A program made the translations under genes and the position numbers. A stretch of DNA of 64,000 nt from an uncultured Holophagae bacterium. Lineage in GTDB: Bacteria > Acidobacteriota > Thermoanaerobaculia > Thermoanaerobaculales > Sulfomarinibacteraceae. The notes under the pieces were generated by a model. The model did not search any database, was not told where the DNA came from, and worked only from the letters and a program-made list of their open reading frames with translations. The stretch is from positions 37,538-101,537 of the forward strand of contig CAWCOD010000011.1 in NCBI GenBank assembly GCA_963797055.1, in the 5' to 3' direction. Numbering within the stretch: position 1 is the stretch's first letter; the number at the start of each line of letters is the position of its first letter. Positions 9,424 through 20,674 of this stretch are shown here, piece by piece.

Positions 9424-10062
9424 TCAAACACCTTCCTGATGGTCATCCCCGTTGGGGGCAGGAATCGATGGATAAGCCGCCAACACGAGGCGAAAGGCCC
9501 TGCCCTCGGGCGCCTCCGCGTCGTGATACTTGACGATGAGATGGGCCACGGCATCGGAAAGTTCCTTGGCGAATGCGTTTCTCTGGGACGCGTCGGCAAA
9601 CCGCACCTCGGACTCGAGCGCCATGGTGGGTAGCTTCTTCCCGGCTTCATCAGCCTGCTCCCTCAGATGGGCCACCTCTCCGATGACCTTGGATGCCACG
9701 GCCACCAGATAGCTTGACGAGAAGTGGTCCCGAACCTCCTCGGATCTGCCGCCAAGCTCACCGAGGACTTCGGGGCTGATCACGTACCGCCGGGCCGACG
9801 CACGGAGCAGCCTCTCCACGCAGTTGCCCCGCTTGCGTTCCTCCACCAGCTCCACCAGCCCAGCGTCTTCAAGCTCCCGAAGGTGGTAGTTCAGCTTCTG
9901 TCGTGGGATTCCCATCCGTCGCGACAAGCCAGCGGCAGAGTCGGGTCGTTGAAGCTCTTCGAGCAATTTGATCCGCGGGTATGGCAACAGAACGGCCACG
10001 TCGGAGGGCCGGCGTAGCAACGCCACCTCGTTGGCGTCAATGTTGCTTTGGGTCGGGAGCAT
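9424..10062 (-). CDS. ArsR-like winged-helix transcriptional regulator
   Basis: PDSAAGLSRRMGIPRQKLNYHLRELEDAGLVELVEERKRGNCVER HTH, followed by DHFSSSYL. Confidence 0.88.
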   Translation of the reverse strand: MLPTQSNIDANEVALLRRPSDVAVLLPYPRIKLLEELQRPDSAAGLSRRMGIPRQKLNYHLRELEDAGLVELVEERKRGNCVERLLRASARRYVISPEVLGELGGRSEEVRDHFSSSYLVAVASKVIGEVAHLREQADEAGKKLPTMALESEVRFADASQRNAFAKELSDAVAHLIVKYHDAEAPEGRAFRLVLAAYPSIPAPNGDDHQEGV

Positions 10063-10068
10063 GGGGTC

Positions 10069-10097
10069 AAATTATTACCGACAAAAAATTTTGTCAA
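10069..10097 (-). promoter_or_regulatory. Sigma-70-like promoter with overlapping operator; probably a leaderless transcript
   Basis: Minus strand TTGACA-17 nt-TAATTT, 6 nt before ATG. Inverted repeat GACAAAA-aa-TTTTGTC at 10080-10095. Confidence 0.7.
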
Positions 10098-10132
10098 GAA
10101 AAATTTGAAATCAAGTTGTCAACAACAGCCGG

Positions 10133-11437
10133 TCACGCCTCGATGGCATCTCCTCCGAGGTATTTCCCCAGCCGTTTGCCGAGCGCGAGGATGGTCAGCG
10201 TGGGTGGCAGACCCCAGGATTCGGGTATCACCGAGCAATCGCATACGTAGAGGCCCGTGACCCCGGTCTGGAGATTGCTGTCGACGACCTCTCCGACCTT
10301 TACGGTTCCGCCCGGATGGGTCGCCAGAATCCGCGAGGTGAACACGTGTTTGGCGCCCGCATTGTTGAGGATCCTCCGGGCATGGTCCACGCCGCGTCTG
10401 AGCCTGGATCGATCTGCCGGTGTCAGTCGCTTGCGGATGCCGCCGCGAGAGGTCAGCCAACCCTCGAGATCGTCGCGGATCTTGACCATGATGACAGCAG
10501 CGTGTTTGTGGGCGAGCAAGCGATCAAAGCGAAGGGTTCCCGACACGAAGAGCTGATACATCCATCGTGGCCAGACAAGATCCGTCAGGACGCAGCCCTC
10601 CTCCCTCAGTCGAATGCCGGTGGCCATCGGAAATTCCCGACCCCCTTCTACGGTAGGGAGCGTCCCCATCACGGCGACCAGGGGATCAAAAAAGAAGTTC
10701 CCACCGACCTCCTCACAATCGCTGGCTGCGAGAATCTCGGCCGAACCGATTCCGCCCGCCGACAGAATCACCCGCGGGGCATTTAAGCGCCGCCGCTTGC
10801 GGTTGGCCACGGCCTCTACACCAACCACCGATCCGTTTTCGATAAGCACTCGCTGCACCCGGGTCCGCGTGGCGAGCACGGCGCCGTCTTCGACCGCCTC
10901 ATCGACAAAGACACGCGACGTCCACTTGGCACCGTAGGGGCAACCCGGAAAACAGAGGTCGCAGTCGGCGCGGCACCGATCTTGAAACACGAGCTTGTCG
11001 AGTGGCCCCCAATCGTAGCCGAGGTCCCTGGCGCTGGCCATGATGGCCGTGGCAAAGGGACCAATGAGTTCCTCCTTGAGCGGGCCGTAGGGCAGTTCGG
11101 CCTTCAACTCCTGCACCTCTTCGGAAAGCTCGATACCGTAACGCTGAAAGAGCTCGAAGGGTGGATCAAAGGCCGTCGCACAATAAAAAATCGACGACCC
11201 GCCGGTGGTGATCCCCCTGCTGACCGTTGCCAGATCGGGGGTGAACGACATCCCACGCCCTGGCCACAGAAGATCACGGATCATTTGTGATGCCGTTCCA
11301 CTGACGGGCTCGTTACGACCCCGCTCCAGCATCAAGACCCGCTGGCCACGACGGCTCAGCTCCCGCGCTACCGTTGCACCCCCGGGGCCCGTCCCAACCA
11401 CGAGGGTATCGAACTCCAGATTGTCTGACTGGATCAT
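10133..11437 (-). CDS. GMC-family FAD oxidoreductase
   Basis: VVGTGPGGA, GGSSIFY, CxxCxxGCPYGAK, HPGGT, LYVCDCSVIPESWGLPPTLT. Confidence 0.9.
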   Translation of the reverse strand: MIQSDNLEFDTLVVGTGPGGATVARELSRRGQRVLMLERGRNEPVSGTASQMIRDLLWPGRGMSFTPDLATVSRGITTGGSSIFYCATAFDPPFELFQRYGIELSEEVQELKAELPYGPLKEELIGPFATAIMASARDLGYDWGPLDKLVFQDRCRADCDLCFPGCPYGAKWTSRVFVDEAVEDGAVLATRTRVQRVLIENGSVVGVEAVANRKRRRLNAPRVILSAGGIGSAEILAASDCEEVGGNFFFDPLVAVMGTLPTVEGGREFPMATGIRLREEGCVLTDLVWPRWMYQLFVSGTLRFDRLLAHKHAAVIMVKIRDDLEGWLTSRGGIRKRLTPADRSRLRRGVDHARRILNNAGAKHVFTSRILATHPGGTVKVGEVVDSNLQTGVTGLYVCDCSVIPESWGLPPTLTILALGKRLGKYLGGDAIEA

Positions 11438-11463
11438 GACCGGCCTCCCGGCTGTCGTTCGAA

Positions 11464-12911
11464 CTATCTGCGCAGATCTTTCCGAATCATCCACCGCAGT
11501 CGTTTCCCGTACGACGGGCGCAGCCCCATCAAGGCGAAGAGGTTTGTTCGCGGTGCCTCCAAGATCGCCCGGGGGTGGCTGAAGGTTCTGAAGCCGTCTC
11601 GACCGTGGAGGACACCCATACCGCTCTCCCCAACACCGCCGAACGGCAGGGCAGCCATGACCCCGTGTGCGATGACGCCATTGACGGTCACTCCCCCGGA
11701 TCGGCTCTTAGAGACAATCCTCGCCTGCTCCTTGCGGTCGGTCCCGAAGTAGTAGAGGGCCAACGGCGCCGGGTTGGCATCATGCCAGGCCAAAACGTCG
11801 TCGATGCTTTGGTAGCCCTTGATTGGGAGCACTGGACCGAAAATCTCTTCCCGCATCAATCGCAGTCCATCGTCGGGATCCACAACAAGCGTGGGAGGCA
11901 GTTTTCGAAGATCGTTTTCCAAGGGATCGTCGTCGCCGGTGTTGAGGCTCACCACCCGAGCTCCATCCCGCCGTGCCTCCGCCACCATGTCTAGGAGGCG
12001 CTGGAGGTAGTCCTGGTTGATCATCGAGGCGTAATCCGGATTATCCGCCAGGCCAGGATACAGGGTGATAACCGCCGTCCGCACTGCAGCGACGAATTCA
12101 TCCATGCGCTCAGCGGGAACCCACGCGAAGTCCACCCCCATGCACATCTGACCGGAGTTGATCAGTTTGCCGAGGACGATGTGCTCGACCGCTTGGGCGA
12201 GCCTGGCTGAACGACCGAGGATGGCCGGGCACTTGCCACCCAGTTCGAGGGTGACAGGCACCAGGTTTTCAGAGGCCGCCGCCATGACGGCGCGACCCAC
12301 CTCGGTGGATCCCGTGCAGACGAGATGGTCAAAGGGCATTTGGGCAAAGGCCTTTGCGGCAGCCACACCGCCCTGGACCACGGCGATCTCGGTATTGTCG
12401 AAGGCGGCAGCCATGAGTTCCGCCAGCAGCGCGGAGGTTATCGGCGAGTTCTCGGACGGCTTGATCATCGCCCGGTTGCCCGCCGCGAGGACGTCGATCA
12501 AAGGGGCTAGCACGAGAAACACCGGATAGTTCCATGGGCTGATGAGGCCCACCACTCCCTTGGGAACCCATCGGACCCATCCCTTGCCCCCCAGAAGACC
12601 ACCGGGAAATCCAGAGGGCGGCGTTCGGAGCGCATCCACGACCTCAGGCGACGGCGTGAATGGCGCAGCAACTTGAGGCTCGAAGCGATCTCTCCGTAGC
12701 GGGAGAAGTCTCGAGACCGGCAACCAAAATCCTCCGCCACCGCATCGGCGATCCGACCCTCGTTGTCCACCAGCATCCCAGCGAGTCGATCGAGGCGGTC
12801 AATCCGGGCGGCGGCCGAAACCTCCCATCCGGACCGGAAAGCCCGCCGCTGACTATCCAGGATGGTGCGCAGTTCCGATTGCCGACTCGACACCGCCACC
12901 GCGTCCGCCAT
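11464..12911 (-). CDS. Aldehyde dehydrogenase (coniferyl-aldehyde dehydrogenase-like) with one frameshift near 12603
   Basis: The N-terminal ORF 12507-12911 joins the ORF carrying PWNYP, LELGGKCP, catalytic GQMC, EEIFGP and PFGGVGESG. One base is missing. Confidence 0.88.
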
Positions 12912-13064
12912 CTCAGATCCTTCTTTCCCGACCCGGTCTGAATACCCGACCGCATTCGCGCTGTGTTCTGTCTGTCAAAGATATGAGCCTGGAGCTCGAC
13001 GCGCAACCCGGCGACGGCCGCGGTATGCTGGGCTCTCGAAGATCGAAGTCGGGGGTTCGAAGCC

Positions 13065-13436
13065 ATGGACGCACCATTCACCATGCCGTTCGAGACCTTC
13101 TGGGGTTGGCTGATGGCCCATCCCAATTGCATCGTGAGGGCGGGAACTCCGGAGAGCGTGCTGTACGACGACGAGGACCTGCACTGGCACTTCGCCGCCG
13201 AGGCCCCCCAGACCCTGCTTGTCCAGGTCCTGCGCGGGAAACGCCTGGTAGGCGAGCTGTTGTTGGACCCCGAACAGATCTCCCACGTTCAGGCGGTCCC
13301 CCAGGAGCGCCAGGACGAACACGTCTTCGAGCTTCTGGTGGAGAACGACAGTGAGCGCTTCGCCGCCTACTTCTTTGCTCTGGTCCACGGCTTTGAGGAC
13401 GAGGACGGCGATTTCTCCCCCGGCCGGGTGCACTGA
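13065..13436 (+). CDS. Hypothetical acidic protein
   Basis: Clean 123-aa ORF with protein-like composition (FWGWLMAHPNCIVRAGTP). No family recognised with certainty. Confidence 0.75.
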   Translation: MDAPFTMPFETFWGWLMAHPNCIVRAGTPESVLYDDEDLHWHFAAEAPQTLLVQVLRGKRLVGELLLDPEQISHVQAVPQERQDEHVFELLVENDSERFAAYFFALVHGFEDEDGDFSPGRVH

Positions 13437-13450
13437 GCCGAGGCGCTCAA

Positions 13451-14458
13451 GTGACCATTCCGGACGAGATGGTGGCCATGGTCCTGGCCGAGTCCCGGCG
13501 CCCCCTCGAGCGGCGCATAGTGGCCGTCCCGAGGCCGGACCAAGACGAGGTCCTGCTGCGGATCACCGCCTGTGGGGTCTGCCGTACCGATCTCCATCTG
13601 GTGGATGGCGAGTTGCCGGAGGTCGCGTTGCCGATCATCCCGGGGCACCAGATCGTCGGCACCGTGGTGGGGCGAGGGGAAGGCGTGCACGACCTCGGCC
13701 GAGGCACTCGAGTCGGGGTGCCCTGGCTCGGCTGGACCTGCGGCCGCTGCCGCTACTGCCTGATGGGTCGAGAGAATCTCTGCGATCGGGCCAGGTTCAC
13801 CGGCTACACTCTGAACGGCGGTTTTGCCCAGTACGCGGTGGCCGACCAGCGCTACTGCTTCACCCTCCCCGATCATTTCAACGACATGGCGGCCGCACCG
13901 CTGCTCTGTGCAGGGCTCATCGGCTACCGCTCGTACCGAATGTGTGGCGACAGCCCCGATCGGCTTGGGATTTACGGCTTCGGTGCCGCCGCCCACATCG
14001 TGGCCCAGATCGCGGTCCACCAGGGCCGCAAGGTCTACGCCTTCACCCGATCGGGAGATGTGACGGCCCAGCAGTTCGCGCGGTCGCTGGGGGTGGTGTG
14101 GGCCGGCAGCTCCGACGACCGACCCCCAAAGGAGCTGGACGCCGCCATCATCTTCGCGCCGGTGGGCCCGCTGGTGCCGGCAGCGCTCCGCGCGGTGCGC
14201 AAGGGCGGAACCGTGGTCTGCGGCGGCATTCACATGTCGGACATCCCATCGTTCCCCTATTCCATGCTGTGGGAGGAACGATCGCTGGTGTCGGTGGCCA
14301 ACCTGGAACGCCGGGACGGCGAGGAGTTACTGGCCATCGCTGCCGAGATTCCAGTTCGCACCGAGGTGGAGTCCTTCTCTCTGGAGGACGCCAACGAGGC
14401 CCTCAACCGGCTTCGGGAGGGCAGGCTGACCGGCGCGGCGGTGCTACACATCGGGTAG
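13451..14458 (+). CDS. Zinc-dependent alcohol dehydrogenase family protein
   Basis: CGVCRTDLH, PGHQIVG, CGRCRYC..ENLC, APLLCAG, GIYGFGAA. Confidence 0.95.
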   Translation: MTIPDEMVAMVLAESRRPLERRIVAVPRPDQDEVLLRITACGVCRTDLHLVDGELPEVALPIIPGHQIVGTVVGRGEGVHDLGRGTRVGVPWLGWTCGRCRYCLMGRENLCDRARFTGYTLNGGFAQYAVADQRYCFTLPDHFNDMAAAPLLCAGLIGYRSYRMCGDSPDRLGIYGFGAAAHIVAQIAVHQGRKVYAFTRSGDVTAQQFARSLGVVWAGSSDDRPPKELDAAIIFAPVGPLVPAALRAVRKGGTVVCGGIHMSDIPSFPYSMLWEERSLVSVANLERRDGEELLAIAAEIPVRTEVESFSLEDANEALNRLREGRLTGAAVLHIG

Positions 14459-14703
14459 AAAATGAGGGGGCGCCGAAAGGATCTCTGTCTCCTGCCGAAG
14501 AAGAATCGGTCAACCACAGGCAGGAAAAAAGGTCGTTCAGATGATCTCCAGTACCCGGTCTTTTCGACAAATATGGTAGAATCCCATCGAGTAGGAGGGA
14601 TTCTGTTCAGCGTCTCATCATGAGGTATGACATCAACGTAGTGTTTGAATATACGGTGGGTAGACAATACCCCCCAAATAAATAAGGAACGAGGAGGAAC
14701 AAG

Positions 14704-15430
14704 ATGGCAAAAACAAAAGTGTTCTTGATCGTGGCAGCCATGGTCGCCGTAGGGGCAGCCGGCTACCTGGTGGCCGACACCACAGAGGTCGGGCTGCGCG
14801 CTTCAGCGAATGCACCGATCATGAGCGGCATTCCGAGCCAGCTACCGCAAGTCACCCGCGGTCCCATGACCATCGAGTCGGTGGGTGAGGCCCAGTCGCA
14901 GCTGTTCTTCGACGACGGCGCCTGCGATTCCGGACTCGGCGCCGGCACCACCGTCACCGACCTGGTCGACTTCGACGTGCCCACCCAGTGCATTCAGGGC
15001 GGTCTCGAAGTTGTCGCGGTCACCAACCGCGTCAACACCGGCACCATGACGGCGTTTGCGTGGGCGCAGGCAGGAGCAACCCCGCCACCCATCGCCGGCA
15101 TGAACTCCACCCCGATCACTCCGGTTCCAGGGATTGGCCCGTGCCCCACTCAGTCGACCTTCTTCACCCAGCGGATCCTGCCGGCCGGCCTGTCCATCAC
15201 CGGCACTGCCAACTTCTTTGCCGGCGTCAAGGGCAACGCCTACAACGGCCGCGACGGCGACAGCACCCCGGCGGGGCGTATCTGGCTCCTCTGCGCCACC
15301 TGTGGCCAGACCCAGTACAGCCCGGCATTCCTGACGGGCTTTGGCCCTCGGCGGCAACTGGATGATTCGGGTGACCGTCGAGGACGCCAACTGCGTCCCG
15401 GTGGAGCTCATGGAGTTCAGCATCCAGTAG
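14704..15430 (+). CDS. Secreted Cys/Thr/Gly-rich protein ending in VPVELMEFSIQ (extra base near 15345)
   Basis: GAGGAGG RBS and signal peptide. Removing one C in ggccctc gives ..GFGLGGNWMIRVTVEDANCVPVELMEFSIQ*, followed by a terminator. Confidence 0.75.
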
Positions 15431-15457
15431 ACGGCAACCTACGAACTATTCTTCGAC

Positions 15458-15490
15458 AGCCGGGCCGATACTGGCCCGGCTTGTTCTTTC
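15458..15490 (+). terminator. Intrinsic terminator
   Basis: AGCCGGGCC-gatact-GGCCCGGCT followed by TGTTCTTT. Confidence 0.75.
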
Positions 15491-15542
15491 CAGCTTCCCG
15501 TCCGATCCGGCCATTTCCTGGCTGGTCCACCCAGGAGATTTC

Positions 15543-17305
15543 ATGAAATACCGATTTCGTCACCAGGTTGGGTCCCAACGTGCCAGCCTCTATCCCGTAT
15601 GCGCGGCAGCTTTGATGGTGGTCGCGGCGTTGTTCACATTGGGTTGCGAGCGGTCGGCGCCGGGCCCCGAGGTGGTGGCGAACTCCGATCTCGGGCAGCT
15701 CACCCGCGCCGAGTTGGACGCCTACATCATGGTCCAGCCCGAGGGCAAACGGAAACCCCTGCCCCGCCAGGAGCCGCAGGACTGGCGCCGCGAAATGGTG
15801 CAGAACCTGCTGGCAGCCCAGGCACTCGAGGCCGAGGCCCGTTCCAGCGGTCTTGCAGAGACCCACGATGCCAGCGGAACTTCTGGCCGCACGGCGCGAC
15901 ACGGTCCTCGCCGAGACGGCGGAGTCACAGTGGATCCAGCAGCACGTCGATATCACCGATGAGGACCTCCACACCTATCACGAGAATCATCCCGAGGAAT
16001 TCGGTCATGACGAGCAGATCCGCGTGCGGCACATCTTTCTGCGCGTGGACCGCGACGCCCCGACCGTCCGAACGACAGGCCGTGCGACTCGAAATCGAAG
16101 CGGCTGTGGCGGCAGATCCATGACGGTGCGGACTTTGGCGAGCTTGCGGCCGCCCATTCCCAGTCGGAGACCGCCAACCTGCAAGGCCTGATCGGCAAGC
16201 TCAGCCGGGGCACCCTTGCGCCGGCCATCGAGGACGTCATCTGGGAACTTGACGACGGAGAGGTCAGCGAGGTTGTGGAGACGCCGACCGGTTTTCACAT
16301 CTTCACCGTGGAGGACCGTCTGCCCTCAGAACAGCGATCCCTCGAGGAGGTCAGCGGGGCACTGACCCGGAGGCTGACTCGTGAGGCCACCGAAGCGGCC
16401 CTCGCCGCCTACCTGGACGAACTGCTCGAGATCTCCGGAGCCGTCTACAACCCGGAGGCGGTCCTCGAAGATGGAGACCCGGAGGCGTTGGTATTCGAAC
16501 TGGAAGACGAGATCTGGACCGCCACCGACTGGTGGACCCGATTCGAAGGCCAGCCCTTCTTCGCCCAAAGGGAGACATCCCTGGCCGACCAACTCGACCA
16601 ATTCGCCATCTCTCGGCTCGCAGTTTGGGATGGCCACTATCAGGATCTGACGAGCAGACCCCAAGTGGCCCAGCGTCTCGCGGCCATCGAACAGGCCACG
16701 ATGATCGAACTCGCCATGCAGGAACGCCGCCGCGCCGCGGTGGAGAAGATCAGTGTTGAGGGTCTGGTGGCCTACTGGGAGAGCCTGCGGCGGGTGTTCC
16801 AACAACCCAAACTCTACCACCTGAGTATGATCACCCGAAATTTTCCAGAGGATCCGAAACTCTGGTACGCGGTGTTCGAGGATCTCGACAATTTGGCCGC
16901 CGAGATCCGTCGCGGCGATCGCAGATTTCGCCGAGGAAGGCCGTGCGGATATCCGATGACGTCAGCGCCCGTTTGGGCGGGGACTTGGGTTTCATTCGCC
17001 TCGACTCGGTGGGGGAGTGGGCCGGACCCAGCACCCCGAAGGCCATCGCGGCCATGGCCGAGGGCGAAATCAGCGATCCCATGCTCATCGAACGGTTCCT
17101 CGAAAATCGATTCACCTATGGACGTGACGGCTATATGCTGGTGAAGGTGGAGGAAATCCAACAGCCTCGGTTGCTGACCTTCGAAGAGGCGCGCGACCAG
17201 GTCATCGAGCATTACATCCAAAAGGGTAGTGCGGACGTCAACGCCGAGATCCAGAGCGACGTGCTCGAGTCGATCGACGCGGTGATCTACGAAGCGAACC
17301 TATGA
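15543..17305 (+). CDS. Lipoprotein peptidyl-prolyl isomerase with two parvulin (PpiC-type) domains; about five apparent +1 frameshifts
   Basis: LFTLGC lipobox. IRVRHIFL, GADFGELAAAHS, GEVSEVVETPTGFHIF, then DFAE..SDDVSARLGGDLGF..GEISDP in successive frames. Confidence 0.8.
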
Positions 17306-19446
17306 TCAACCGAACCCTCCAGCTGTCGGTCATCGGTTGCCTGCTGCTGATGGGTTGCGACGTCGCGCCCACACCCACAAACCTTGTGATTCTGTCGCTC
17401 GACACAACCCGGGCCGATCGCTTTGGCAGCTACGGATTCTCCGCCGCACACACTCCGAACTTCGACCGGTATTCGGCCGGGGCGGTACGTTTCGAAAACG
17501 CCATCACAGCCGCCCCGATCACGCTCCCTTCCCACACCTCGATCATGACCGGCACCTACCCGGTGTTCCACGGGGTCCACGACAACGACGGCTACGTCCT
17601 CGACGACAGCGTCACCACATTGGCCGAGATCCTCTCCGGCGAGGGCTTTACCACCGGCGCGGTGTTGGCCGCGTTTCCGCTCGACTCCCAGTTCAACCTG
17701 GACCAGGGGTTCGCCAGCTACGACGATGATTTTCAGTCCGACTGGACAGACGTCGAGAACAGGGCACGTACCGCCATGTCTTTCGGCTTCCTCGAACGCA
17801 AGTCGGACCGGGTCAACATGGCCGTGGAACGGTGGTTGGACACGAACGCGTCCCAGCAGTTCTTCCTCTGGGTCCATTACTTCGACCCCCACCAGCCGTA
17901 CAACGCGCCGCCGCCGTACGACACCCAGTTCTCCGACTCGCCATACGACGCCGAGATCGCCTTCATGGACGAGAACTTCGGACACCTGATGGAGATGCTC
18001 TCGTCGAGAGGACTGATGGAAAACACCATCATCGTGGTGGTCGGCGACCACGGGGAGGGACTCAACCAGCACGGCGAGCCCACCCACGCCTCCTACATCT
18101 ACAACGCCACCATGAGGGTGCCGCTGTGGATCGCCGTCCCCGATGAGCGGGTTGCGGCCGGCTCCGCCGTCACCCCTCAGGTGCGCACCATCGATGTCGC
18201 GCCCACGGTGCTCGATCTATTGGGTCTGCCGGCCGGCTCCGATATGCAGGGGCAAAGCCTTGTTCCGCTGCTCCACGACCCGAACATTCAGTGGAGCGGA
18301 GACGCTCTCTTGGAGGCAAACTACAGCTGGTACCACTACGGATGGGCGCCGCTTCGGGGGCTGCGCAACGACCGGTGGAAGTACATTCTGGGCCCGAAGC
18401 CCGAGCTCTTTGACCTGGTTGATGACCCCGACGAGATGGTGAACCTGGTTGAACGACACCCGGAGGAGGCTGCGGTCCTTGATCGGCGCCTCACCGATTT
18501 GGTGGAGAGGACGGCATCTCCCGACCTCGGCCGTTCGGCCGCCACCGTGGTGGACGCCGAGACCCGGCAAAAGCTGGAAGCGCTCGGCTACCTGGGCGGC
18601 GGAGGCGACGCGTCGATTCGGACTGCCCCGTTCCCGGACCCGGACGAGCTGGCCGCCATGACCAACCCAATGGACCAGTGGTTGGTCATGACCTACGCCA
18701 ATTTCGCTGCGGAGTTGGTGCGGATGCAGCGGATCGACGAGGCGATCTCGATCGCTCGAGAGGGCGTCGCCATGGATCCCGGCAACTTCCGACTCCGCAT
18801 GGTGCTCGCCCGCGCCTACGCCGTCCGCGGCCTCATCGATCAGGCCTTTGAAGAACTTCACGCGGCCCGCGAGCTACAATCAGACGACCCGGAGTCCTAT
18901 GAATTGGCGGGTCACATCCGGATGGCGCAACGACGATTCGACCAAGCCCAGGAAGAATTCCGGTTGGCGGTCGAACGAGCACCGCAGGTCTCGACCCACG
19001 TCTACAACCTAGGTCTCACCTACGCCCGTATGGGCGATTTCGACGGTGCCATCAGCCACTTTCAGGCCGCCCTCGAACTTGACCCCAACAGCGAAAGCGC
19101 TATCCAGGAGCTCGCCAAGTCCTACTCCCAGGTCGGACGCTACGAAGAGGCGCGGGAGAGCTTCCAGCGCGCACTCGAACTCAACCCATACTCGCCGTCG
19201 GTGCTCTACAACATCGCCGTGTTCTACCGATATCTGGGCGAGGACGAGTTCAGCCGGAGGATGTTCCGGGCGGTGCTCCAGGTCGCACCGAACCATGTCC
19301 CCTCGGCCTGTCAGCTGGCGGAGTTGATGGACGCGGAAGGCGGACATCCCGATGAGGTCCGGATCCTGCTGGAGCGGACGATCAAACTGGCCCCGGACTC
19401 GCCGTGGGCGGAGCGCGCACAGAAGCTGCTCGAGTCGCAGTCGTAG
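17302..19446 (+). CDS. Sulfatase-like (alkaline phosphatase superfamily) hydrolase/transferase lipoprotein with TPR repeats
   Basis: LLMGC lipobox, [39 protein letters not shown]-terminal TPRs. Confidence 0.92.
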   Translation: MINRTLQLSVIGCLLLMGCDVAPTPTNLVILSLDTTRADRFGSYGFSAAHTPNFDRYSAGAVRFENAITAAPITLPSHTSIMTGTYPVFHGVHDNDGYVLDDSVTTLAEILSGEGFTTGAVLAAFPLDSQFNLDQGFASYDDDFQSDWTDVENRARTAMSFGFLERKSDRVNMAVERWLDTNASQQFFLWVHYFDPHQPYNAPPPYDTQFSDSPYDAEIAFMDENFGHLMEMLSSRGLMENTIIVVVGDHGEGLNQHGEPTHASYIYNATMRVPLWIAVPDERVAAGSAVTPQVRTIDVAPTVLDLLGLPAGSDMQGQSLVPLLHDPNIQWSGDALLEANYSWYHYGWAPLRGLRNDRWKYILGPKPELFDLVDDPDEMVNLVERHPEEAAVLDRRLTDLVERTASPDLGRSAATVVDAETRQKLEALGYLGGGGDASIRTAPFPDPDELAAMTNPMDQWLVMTYANFAAELVRMQRIDEAISIAREGVAMDPGNFRLRMVLARAYAVRGLIDQAFEELHAARELQSDDPESYELAGHIRMAQRRFDQAQEEFRLAVERAPQVSTHVYNLGLTYARMGDFDGAISHFQAALELDPNSESAIQELAKSYSQVGRYEEARESFQRALELNPYSPSVLYNIAVFYRYLGEDEFSRRMFRAVLQVAPNHVPSACQLAELMDAEGGHPDEVRILLERTIKLAPDSPWAERAQKLLESQS

Positions 19447-19542
19447 CTCGCGGATTTCGCCGGTTCGCTTCGGTCCGACCGTCCTCTCCGTCGGGGACGG
19501 CGGGAAACCTCGAGAGACCTGGTGTGTCGCCACTTGCAGCCT

Positions 19543-19901
19543 TCAGCCGGCCGTGATCTCCCGGACCCGGTTGTTCTCATCCACGAAGACCACAATCGGG
19601 TGATGTCTCGGCCGCCTCTTCGGCCTCGTACCTGCGCAAAGGCTGCGATGATCAGCATATCGCCGCGTTGGACCAAACGGGCGGCCGCACCGTTGACGCA
19701 GATATCTCCTGGGCCGCCAACGATGACATAGGTGGCGAAACGCTCGCCGTTGGTGCAGTTGTAGATCTCCACCTTTTCGTGGGGGAGGATGCCGGTTGCC
19801 TGCAGCAGCTCCGGGTCGATGGTGATGGAGCCCTGGTAATTGAGGTCCGCGTCGGTGACGGTGACGCGGTGGAGCTTGGCCTTGAGCATGGTCAGTTGCA
19901 T
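19543..19901 (-). CDS. panD: Aspartate 1-decarboxylase (frameshifted near 19605-19632)
   Basis: [29 protein letters not shown]. The conserved tail [11 protein letters not shown] lies in another frame, with its stop at 19543. Confidence 0.92.
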
Positions 19902-20674
19902 CAGCAGTCCTTGTCTGGTGCCAACGGAGTATTGTCGATCAACCGAACCCCGTCGATCACGACGGCGCTGAATCGCCGTCCGTCGGAATCCACCACATAG
20001 TCCACTTCAAATCCCGCGCTGGCGAGCTGTTCCCGAACACGCTGCGCATCTCCCCCGCCGGCCATCAGCTCGGGGAACCGCGCGGCACGGGCTCTGGATT
20101 CCGGACTCAGCCGCGCGTTCCGAGAGCTCAGGGCGAGTCCGTCTGGGGCTCGCACCGTGGGGCAGAGTACGATCTCCACCGGCACGAAGAAGGCCTCCAC
20201 CATGCCCCGAATCAACAGATACTGCTGGTAGTCCTTCTCACCGAAATAGGCACGGTATGGGCGCACCAGGCCGAAGAGCTTGAGCACCACCGTCAGCACG
20301 CCGTCGAAGTGACCCGGCCGGTGCGAGCCCTCCATGTGCCGGCTGAGGCTCGATTCGGTGGCGCGGTAGCGGTAGCCATCGGCGTAAATCGCGTCGTGGT
20401 CGGGCGCCAACACAAAATCGGCTCCGGCCCGACCGGCCAGCCGTGCATCCTCGGCGAGCCGCTGGGGATAGGCCTCGAGGTCCGCCACATCGTTGAATTG
20501 GGTGGCATTGACAAAGACCGAGACCACCGTGACATCGTTGTCCGCGGCGGATCGCCGTATCAACGAGAGGTGGCCGTCGTGCAGGGCCCCCATTGTGGGC
20601 ACGAAACCCACCGACCGGTCTCCCAGGTCGTTCCGGCGGTTCTGCCACTCGACGAGATCAACGATCACTGTCAT
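19901..20674 (-). CDS. panC: Pantoate-beta-alanine ligase
   Basis: [42 protein letters not shown]. Confidence 0.97.
   Translation of the reverse strand: MTVIVDLVEWQNRRNDLGDRSVGFVPTMGALHDGHLSLIRRSAADNDVTVVSVFVNATQFNDVADLEAYPQRLAEDARLAGRAGADFVLAPDHDAIYADGYRYRATESSLSRHMEGSHRPGHFDGVLTVVLKLFGLVRPYRAYFGEKDYQQYLLIRGMVEAFFVPVEIVLCPTVRAPDGLALSSRNARLSPESRARAARFPELMAGGGDAQRVREQLASAGFEVDYVVDSDGRRFSAVVIDGVRLIDNTPLAPDKDC

Noticed and set aside
15543-17305. Programmed frameshifting or several separate small genes at the PPIase locus
   Set aside because: The pieces form one collinear protein, there are no slippery heptamers, and neighbouring genes have similar indels.
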